From IMG/VR virus record IMGVR_UViG_3300043313_000558: a DNA stretch of 13,989 nt; one strand, given 5' to 3'. Position numbers and translations under genes: made by a program. Shown here piece by piece: positions 5,179 through 12,800 of the stretch (within the stretch, counting starts at the first letter, position 1; each line of letters starts with the position of its first letter). This stretch comes from a virus (taxonomy: Duplodnaviria; Heunggongvirae; Uroviricota; Caudoviricetes). Below the pieces are notes generated by a model. It made no database searches, was not told where the DNA came from, and saw only the letters and a program-made list of their open reading frames with translations.

Positions 5179-6810
5179 TCACGAGGACGTGATCCGATGC
5201 AGGGGTCGATAGGTCTTCCCCTTCTTGTGCTGGTAGCTACCGACACGGTCGGAGGCCACCGCCAGACCCACTGCTCCCAGACCGAGCGCACCGGCCTTGG
5301 TTGCGGTTCGAGCTCCACCGCGGATCCCGCTGGATGGCTTCTTCCACTGCCCGGCGATGTCAGAACGAAGTCCGGTTCCGTGGTGTCGGACCACGCCGCC
5401 CTTCAGCTTTTCGCCGTCCGGGACCGGGATGTCCTTGCCCTTGGTGCCCAGTGCCCGGTGACCCAGAACCGCGCCATAGGTAGCCGACGCACCTGAGCCC
5501 ACGGCCAGGGCAGTGGCGGTGTGCTCGTTACGCCGTCTGCGCTTGGCCTCGGGGTTGTAGGTGGCGGCCTTGCCGAAAGGAGACCGACGACCGGCCTCGT
5601 AGGACCCGCCGACGGCTGCTACCGCGGTGCCACCTACAGCAGCTCCTCCGGCGAGGGCCTTCTTGTTGGAACGTCCGGTCGTCGGCGGATTGGTGGGTGC
5701 CGTGGCCGGGGCAGGACGAGCTGCCATCGGAGCCGGGACCGGTGGGTTGGCTGTGGCCAGCGGGGCCGTAGTCGGCTGCTGCCAGGCGTTGAGCTGACGG
5801 GCGTTCGGGTTGGTCTTCACAGCGCGGTGTCGTCCCCCTGAGGGGGCCTTGCCACCAGCGTGGCGCGCACCGGAGGAGACCTTGACCGCCTTTGCCCCAT
5901 GCTTGGCGGTGGCCCCATGCTTACCGGCGTACTTTGCAGCACCGCCGAAGCTGAGCTTGGAGACCTCTTCGTAGGTGAGCGCCTTGCCGAACCGCTTGCG
6001 CTGTCCGACCTGGTTGGCCCCGTAAGCCCCGGCTCCCACGGTGGCCACGCCCCCAGTAGCCGCAGTGCCCACGCCCAGCTTGGTCATCTTGAACTTGGCC
6101 GCGTGACCCGTGGTGGTCGAAGCACCTCCAGCTCCGGTGACGGTCCGCTGGACACCCGCTGAGCGCTTGAAGAACGGGTTGTTGACCGCGCTGGTCTTGG
6201 TCGTCGAGGTCGAGACCGGGCCCTTCATCCCCACCGTCGTGGTCTTCTTCGGAGCGAAGGTCGCGCCCTTGAAAGGACTGGCCACCTTCTTGGCAGCTCC
6301 GGCGATGCCACTGAAGCCGAGCGCCTTGGTGACCAGTTCGGCATCGCCCTGGTGGACGTCACTGAGCCCGTAGTCCATCATGTCGAGTCCCTTCGTCACC
6401 GGCTCGGTCCCGGCCTTGATGTTCTTGATCTGCTTCTTGTTACGGACCACGTAGACGGTCTGCTTCGGGCCGCGCTTCTTGCTTTCCTGGTTCTGGATGG
6501 AGGCGAAGTTGTAGGCCCCGACCCCGCTGATACCAGCACCGACGGCACTGACCGCCGGGATGTGGGGCTTGAGTTTGGGGACCTTCTTGGTCGCCAACAG
6601 CATGCCCAGGCCGCCCAGACCGACGGTTCCACCGGCCAGCGAGGTGACCGCGGAGGCCTTCTTCTGAGCTCGCAGCCGCTTCTCGCTGGAGACGAACTTG
6701 GCGACCCGCTCCTTCTTGCGCTTGGACCGGATCTCGGCGTCCCACTTGGCGGCGATGTCCGGGTGCTTGGCGTGCAGGTAACGACGCTGCGCGTCGGACT
6801 TGTAGGGCAT
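5179..6810 (-). CDS. 543-aa basic, Gly/Ala-rich modular protein with six glycine-zipper-like hydrophobic segments; putative internal/ejection polyprotein
   Basis: Start moved from 6921 to ATG 6810 (MPYKSDAQRR...): TGATG overlap with the protease stop and SD GGAGG at 6819-6815. Composition and modules were read from the translation. Function is inferred. Confidence 0.75.
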   Translation of the reverse strand: MPYKSDAQRRYLHAKHPDIAAKWDAEIRSKRKKERVAKFVSSEKRLRAQKKASAVTSLAGGTVGLGGLGMLLATKKVPKLKPHIPAVSAVGAGISGVGAYNFASIQNQESKKRGPKQTVYVVRNKKQIKNIKAGTEPVTKGLDMMDYGLSDVHQGDAELVTKALGFSGIAGAAKKVASPFKGATFAPKKTTTVGMKGPVSTSTTKTSAVNNPFFKRSAGVQRTVTGAGGASTTTGHAAKFKMTKLGVGTAATGGVATVGAGAYGANQVGQRKRFGKALTYEEVSKLSFGGAAKYAGKHGATAKHGAKAVKVSSGARHAGGKAPSGGRHRAVKTNPNARQLNAWQQPTTAPLATANPPVPAPMAARPAPATAPTNPPTTGRSNKKALAGGAAVGGTAVAAVGGSYEAGRRSPFGKAATYNPEAKRRRRNEHTATALAVGSGASATYGAVLGHRALGTKGKDIPVPDGEKLKGGVVRHHGTGLRSDIAGQWKKPSSGIRGGARTATKAGALGLGAVGLAVASDRVGSYQHKKGKTYRPLHRITSS

Positions 6811-7796
6811 CAGACCTCCATGTCCTTGCGCACACCAGACCCATGGATGCTGAACTCCTTGAGCTTGCCGTCCTTGTAGGACTGCCAGGTGTCGTCGTCG
6901 TTGATCTGGAAGCCCACCCACCAGCCGGTCGGGGTGGTGGTGGGCAGCCCCATCTGCTCCTTCTTCTCCGGAGTGAGCACGAAGGACTCGATCATGTCGC
7001 TCACGTGCAGCGGCTCCTCGCCGTTGCGCTGGTGTTGACGACCGCCCTTGCGGGACTTGTGCACGTAGTCGTACGCGGCCTTCTCGATGGTCTCGATGGT
7101 CATCACGTCGTCCTGCAGGTCGATCACCGGCTCGCCGTTCATCTCGATCACCGAGGCCCAGCCGAACACCTGCTTGAGGTCGACGTTCATCTTGGAGACC
7201 TCACCACGCACGGTGAAGTCGACGTCGTCCTTGCGCACTACCTCGACGGCCTTCTGGCTCAGATCCGGGGCCATCTGAGCTCGGGCCATCGTCGTCGCGG
7301 CGACCTTGGGAGCTTGCTTAGCCCCGGTCCCGACGGCGTTGACCCCCTTCTTGACCAGCTTGTACTTGATCTGCTTGGCGTCCGGAGCGTTCTTCTTAAC
7401 CAGCTTCTTGTGGGTCTCGGGCTTCTTCGCACTGCGAGCCAGCACCCGGTTGGCCACCGCGTCACCGGCGATGTTGGCTACCTGCAGGCCCAGTGCACCA
7501 CCGGCGAGCATCGCCCCGGCACGGCCCTTCTTGCTGGAGATCGGAGAAGGCAGCTTCCCGGACTTCTCGTGCAGCCACTTGGCGGCCTTGCCGCCTTCCT
7601 TGAACCGGTCGTCACGCAGCGCAGCCGCCGTACCAGCGATGCCAGCACCCAGACCCACCACATTGGAGGCCAGCCCGACCCGGGCCTGGGTCTGCTGGTT
7701 CTTCTGCTGCTTGGTCATGGCCTTGGTGATCTCGTAGGCACCATCGCCATAAAGGACGTCGAGCACCTCGATGACGCGCTGCTGGTCCTGGTTCAC
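6810..7796 (-). CDS. Prohead (capsid maturation) serine protease, XkdF-like domain (about 6813-7229), with a 189-aa N-terminal extension
   Basis: 'KQVFGWASV.....VID.QDD....E.IEKAAYDY......G..H.......ESFV......G.....GWWVGF.I.DD..W...K.G....FSIHG' matches the XkdF/S78-like protease pattern, with candidate catalytic His (7032-7034) and Ser (6849-6851). GTG start with GTGA overlap. Confidence 0.85.
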   Translation of the reverse strand: MNQDQQRVIEVLDVLYGDGAYEITKAMTKQQKNQQTQARVGLASNVVGLGAGIAGTAAALRDDRFKEGGKAAKWLHEKSGKLPSPISSKKGRAGAMLAGGALGLQVANIAGDAVANRVLARSAKKPETHKKLVKKNAPDAKQIKYKLVKKGVNAVGTGAKQAPKVAATTMARAQMAPDLSQKAVEVVRKDDVDFTVRGEVSKMNVDLKQVFGWASVIEMNGEPVIDLQDDVMTIETIEKAAYDYVHKSRKGGRQHQRNGEEPLHVSDMIESFVLTPEKKEQMGLPTTTPTGWWVGFQINDDDTWQSYKDGKLKEFSIHGSGVRKDMEV

Positions 7797-9859
7797 GTTC
7801 TCATTCTCCCGTCGCCTTCAACAGGCCCCTGGAACCGCTCGGGCTCGGTCTCGATTCGGATGAACGGAATACCGTCCAAGGTGACGTCGTCTTCGGTGTC
7901 CCAGTCGACCTCGCGCCAGCGCCCAGGGTTGACCCACACATCGGCTACTGCCCACGGGGCCTTATCGGTGGATCCTGGATGACCGTGCGCGGTCTCGATC
8001 ACGTACGGCAGGTTTTGACGGACCAGCTCGTCGATTTCCAGCTGCTCGGCCAGCTCCACGGGATTGGCCAGAACCACGGCATCCGCGTAATGGGCCTGGC
8101 CTTGGAGCTCGACCTTGTTCTCCTGCAGCTTTCCGTCCGGGTACTTCATCCCGTTGAGGTAGGCGTCCAGAGCCAGGCCGTAAGCCTCGTCATCGATGAC
8201 AAACCTGCGCTGCGACCACGGGTCGGTGTAGGTCATCGGCGGTCCGGCGGCGTAGTCGTCGACCAGCCGGTTGATCGTCGCGTTCCAGTGCTGCGCCAGA
8301 GCTCGGTTTAGCGAGGACCCATGGGTGTCGGTATCGGACGGAGTGTGCTTTTCGTAGAACTCCATATCCTTGGGGGCTTTGAAGACCCCCTTGGATGAAT
8401 ACTGCTCATACTCCTTGCGGGTGACCACCGTGGCCAGCGAGAAGCCCAGCGGATACCAGGTCTCGTTGTTGTCGTCCACGATCGGCTCGTTGACCAGGAT
8501 GGTTCGTGGCGGGCGTGCCAGCTTGGGGTTCGACTTCGGCTGCAGCGGAACTCGTTGACGACCTAGCCCACTGCGCCGTAGCTGATCACGAGCATGAAGT
8601 TCAGGACGGGTCTCGGAAAGCTGTGGCCCACCCAGCTTGGGCCTGGCCTTCTCGCCCAGCTTGCTGGCCCCACCCAGCTTGCTGGCTCCACCGAGCTTGG
8701 ACCCGCCCAGTTTGGCTCCACCCAGCTTCTCTCTGGGCTTAACCTGCTCTTCCTCCACCGGTGCGGGGATGGTCAGGGTCCGGTTGACCTGAGCCAGCAT
8801 CTCGTCGACCTCGGCCTCGCGCTCCTTGTAGCGGGTGGTCCGGGACTCCACCCGAGCGAACCGCCCACGCTTATCACGGTCGAACTTGTCGGTGGCATAG
8901 GCCTTGGCCACACTCTCGGACGCCAGCAGCTCGTCGAGTTCTTCTTGTACCTCGTCGGATAGATCCAGGATTACGTCGCAGCGGCAGTTCACGTGCGTAG
9001 GTGGAGACCAGAACATCCCCGCCGGGGTGAAGAACTTCGTCGAGACCAGCTCGGCTACCCCGTCCATCGGTCCGCAGATCTCGCAGACCTTCTCGTCATC
9101 GGCGGTGATCCATCGACGCCGGGCGTAAGCCGGGATCACCCCGTTGTTTACGCCGTAAAGCCAGACCATCTGCTTGCCCTGGGTACGTGCTGCCCAGGCC
9201 TCGTTGTCACCGACCTGTCGAGCTCGCAGCTGGTTGGCGGCCACGATCAGGGCATGGGCTCGGTCCGCCTTGGCTGAGGGCAGCACCTGGTCGGTGACGT
9301 TCTTGGGGTCCTCGCCAGACCAGATGTTGACCAGGGTGTTCATGCTGCGCTGCGGCACCCCGTAGGCGTCCGCGATCCGCTGGGCCGCCATGATCGGGGG
9401 CACCTTGCGGTTGACCTGGGCCTGGTAGCCAGAGAGCACTGCATCCAGAGAGACCTCGTTGAGGTGCATCCCCAGCTCTTCGGCGTAGTCCTGGGCGACT
9501 CCCATCAGGATCTCCCGGGGCACGTCCCCGAGCTTTGCGTCCTCGATCCCTTCGATGTACCCGGCGACCAGGTACGGAGCGGTCATCGATACCCAGCGTG
9601 GAACGAAGGCGCTCCAGATCCCCGCTGCTGCTCCGCCCAGGGCCTTGTAGGTCATCGTGTGACCGATGCTCTTCACCTCGTCCCCGAGCCGACGGGACAT
9701 GTAGGCCCGGTAGACCAGGTAGGCAGCACCCAGACCGAGCGCGGCCTTGACCACACCATGGCCGCCCTTGACGGCCGTTTCCTGCTCCAGCTCAGGTGGA
9801 GTCAGCAGAGCTGCGTACGGGTCGACCAGCTCGTAGGGGTCTGGGATGACAGCCGTCAT
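7793..9859 (-). CDS. MuF / SPP1 gp7-like head morphogenesis (minor capsid) protein with a ~369-aa C-terminal extension, 688 aa
   Basis: 'RRWITADDEKVCEICGPMDG...PPTHVNCRC' (about 8975-9125) is the MuF signature. TGATG coupling and SD GGGAGGG. Confidence 0.9.
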   Translation of the reverse strand: MTAVIPDPYELVDPYAALLTPPELEQETAVKGGHGVVKAALGLGAAYLVYRAYMSRRLGDEVKSIGHTMTYKALGGAAAGIWSAFVPRWVSMTAPYLVAGYIEGIEDAKLGDVPREILMGVAQDYAEELGMHLNEVSLDAVLSGYQAQVNRKVPPIMAAQRIADAYGVPQRSMNTLVNIWSGEDPKNVTDQVLPSAKADRAHALIVAANQLRARQVGDNEAWAARTQGKQMVWLYGVNNGVIPAYARRRWITADDEKVCEICGPMDGVAELVSTKFFTPAGMFWSPPTHVNCRCDVILDLSDEVQEELDELLASESVAKAYATDKFDRDKRGRFARVESRTTRYKEREAEVDEMLAQVNRTLTIPAPVEEEQVKPREKLGGAKLGGSKLGGASKLGGASKLGEKARPKLGGPQLSETRPELHARDQLRRSGLGRQRVPLQPKSNPKLARPPRTILVNEPIVDDNNETWYPLGFSLATVVTRKEYEQYSSKGVFKAPKDMEFYEKHTPSDTDTHGSSLNRALAQHWNATINRLVDDYAAGPPMTYTDPWSQRRFVIDDEAYGLALDAYLNGMKYPDGKLQENKVELQGQAHYADAVVLANPVELAEQLEIDELVRQNLPYVIETAHGHPGSTDKAPWAVADVWVNPGRWREVDWDTEDDVTLDGIPFIRIETEPERFQGPVEGDGRMRT
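8627..8728 (-). repeat. Six degenerate in-frame KLG(G) tandem repeats
   Basis: KLGGA-KLGGS-KLGGAS-KLGGAS-KLGEKARP-KLGG, 34 codons. On the plus strand the recurring unit is CCCAGCTT. Confidence 0.9.
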
Positions 9860-12800
9860 CAGCCCTCCCAGTCAGGATCCTCGGCCCGCAGCGCTCGCAG
9901 AATGGTCTCCACCTCCGGGCCGTAGTCCTCCTCGAAGCCCTTGGGCAGCTTCTGCATCGCCGAGAACATGGCCTTATGGTCGCGGTACTCGATCGCCGAG
10001 GCCAGGTCCTTAAGGTTCTCGGCCTCCTCGGTGCTCAGCTGCGAAGTTTTGATGTAGCCCTTAACGTCGGCAGCCGTGCGGTCCAGCACCTTGTCGCTCA
10101 GCTGGGACTTCGCGCTAATCGGGGCCTGGCTGATATGCCGCATCAGAGCCTGTGAGGCGTGCGAGTAGATCGAGGGCAGCTTCTCCACTGCGGCCATCTG
10201 CTCGGCGGAGGAACCCTGCGCGAAGGCCTGACGAACCGCCTTGACCGCGTTCTTGTGGTCCTGCGGAGCATCCGGGTGGTTGGTCGAGACCTCCATATCC
10301 TTGATCAGAGCGTCGACGTCGACCGAGCTACGGTCCTCGGTCTCATGTGGGCTCTTACCGTGCTGGAGCTTCTCGGTGCGAGCGACCACCTGGGACTGGA
10401 CCACCGACCCGGCGGGCGGGGTACTGGGACCGGTCAGCGGAGCATCCCCGGCAGCGGCCTTGACCGAACGCAGTCGGATCAGCCCCTTGGCCTTCTTCTC
10501 GGTGTTCTCCACGACCTTGGCTAGTGCCGCCTTGTTGCCCTTGTCGAACACCTCGGTGCGCAGGTCCTCGATCATGGTGTCGCCCATGCCGACCTTGGTC
10601 AGTGAGGTCTCCAGCTCGGTCCAGGACTTTTCATCGCCCGGGTTTTCGCTCATCTTGCGGGCCGCCAGGTTGGCACGCGACCAGCGGGTCTGGTGAGCTC
10701 GCAGGATGTCGTCGTTGTCGTTTGGCGAGACGAACTTACCCAGCTCGTGCTCTTGCAGAGCACGGTTCCACTCCTGGGCGTAGACCTGTGGGTTCTCTGC
10801 GTCCGGGGAGTGCGCCGGTACCTTGGCCCAGCGCTGCGGGTGCGGGTTGACGAAGCTGGGGTCCCAGGTGGACTGGTCGAACGGGTTACGGGACTGCAGC
10901 CTGCCCTCAGCCTTCTTGGCCGTGGTACGCAGGTCATCCAGCGAAGCGTGGATCGCCTTCCACTCGCTTTCCTTGGACCGTCCAGCCAGGTCGGTGACGT
11001 GATCCAGCTCATCCATCAGCTTGGACACTTCGGCGGTAGAGAACAGCTCCAGGTCTGGGTTGGCCTTGAACTTGGCCAGCATCTTCAGCGAGTCGCGCTC
11101 TTCGGCGTCGATGTCGGTCCAGATCCTGGCGGCCTCCGTTGCCAGCGCACCCACCGCGGCGTTGCGTCGCTCCTCGTCAGCGACCCGCTCCCGGGCATCA
11201 CGAGCTCGCTGCCCTTTGGGCGCGTTGGCTTCCACCTTCGTCTCGCCCTCGGCTGCGTTCTCGTGCACCTCGCTGGGGCCCTGGTGACGGGCGTTCTGGT
11301 AGTGCATCTCGGAGGCCGAAAACTTGCCGGACTCGCCCTTCAGACCCTGGATCTTCGGGTCGTAGTAGCCCTCCCGAGCCGCCTCGGGGCGGTTGTAGTT
11401 GGGCCGGACATAGCCAGTGTCCTTCTCACCCGCGCCACGCGGGATCTTCTTGACTTCGACCCGCTGCACGAAGTACGGGAACTGCTCTTGCAGGGCCTGC
11501 ATCGCGGCCTCGTAGCCGTCCGCATCCAGCTGGTACATCCGCTTGGACTTGCCCTCCATGGCCTGGTCGTACATGTCGGAGTAGTAGGCCTTGTAGCGCA
11601 GCTTGGGGTCAGAAGGCATCCGTTCGCTTCCCGGAGAGACCTTGGAGGCGTCGTAGGAGTGGGTGGCCTGAACGGCTGCGTCCTCGATGTCCTGGATCTC
11701 GCCCTTGGTCAGCCGCGGGTTGGCCATGAACTCCCGCTCGCGCTCCGCGATCTTGGCCTCGATCTCGGTCTTGGAGTAGCCCTGGCCTTCCAGCTCGGTC
11801 TCCACGTCGTCACGGATCTCTCCGCGCTCGCCCGGGGTGAGCTTGCGCTGGGCGACCTTGCCGGACTTGACCGCGTCGAGGGTCTGGGCGTAACGCCCGA
11901 CCATCTGCCGGGCCTTGTCGGAGTACCGCCGCCCACCACGCAGGTGGTCGTCGAAGTCCAGGGTGAACACCCCGGAGCGGGAGACCACGGTGACACTGCG
12001 AGCCCCACCGACCAGGCCGGTGTAGATGTCCTCGCTGGTCAGCCCACCAGAGCTGCGGGTGCGCACGTAAGCCCCGCCCTTGAGGCCCTTGAGGTTTTTG
12101 AGGTTGAACGGCAGGTAGTGGTCCTCCTGGTAGCCGACCGCCTGTGTGACGATCTCGCCCTCGGAGTTGATGATCACGCCCTCGCTGGGCGGGATCTTGC
12201 CGGAGTTCAGCTGCAGGTCAGCCAGGCGCTTAGAGGGCAGCCGCTTGACCAGGTAACCCACCGAGGCATCCTCAGCAGCGGCCATGTTCTGCTCATCGGT
12301 CAGTTCCGGGGTGCCACCGACTCGGTTGAAGTCCCGGTCCGAGAAGGTCCGCTTCCGCAGCGTGCCCTTGGCCTGCTCATGGTAGCGAGCCAGCTGCTTG
12401 TCCGGCTCCCGCTCGGTGCCCCGGTACCGGTACGCAGTGCGTCGGGCAGCCGGACCGATCACCTTCTCGGCCTCGGGACCGAACTGACCAGCGAACTGAC
12501 CCACCTGGGAGGCCAGCTTGGCGTGCTCACCGGGCAGGTGACCGAGCAGCTCAGCACCGGCAGCGACCCGTCGGTAGGTGCGCTCGTTCGTCCGGTGGTC
12601 GTTGGGACCCTGCTCGGTCCAGCGCTCCGCGAAGGACGATCCGGCCTTCCCGGTCCGATTCAGGGCACCGGTGACATCGATCCCGGGACGCTCTTCACCC
12701 TGCTGACGGGGCTTGGCGTAGCTCTTCGGACCCTTGCCGCGTTCGTAGTGCACCGAAGGACCGGTCGCACCGATCCGCACCCACTTGCCGCCCTTGCCAC

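Noticed and set aside
5677-5790. Pro/Ala/Thr-rich tract in the 543-aa protein as a repeat element
   Set aside because: A low-complexity linker with no discrete repeat unit at DNA level.
6811-6921. Possible programmed frameshift fusing the protease to the 543-aa protein (the second frame is open over the last 37 codons)
   Set aside because: No slippery heptamer was seen, and TGATG coupling with a GGAGG SD explains the junction.
7793-8500. MuF C-terminus as a named toxin (ADP-ribosyltransferase, nuclease, deaminase)
   Set aside because: No catalytic signature was recognisable by eye and there is no adjacent immunity gene. Kept only as an unknown domain.
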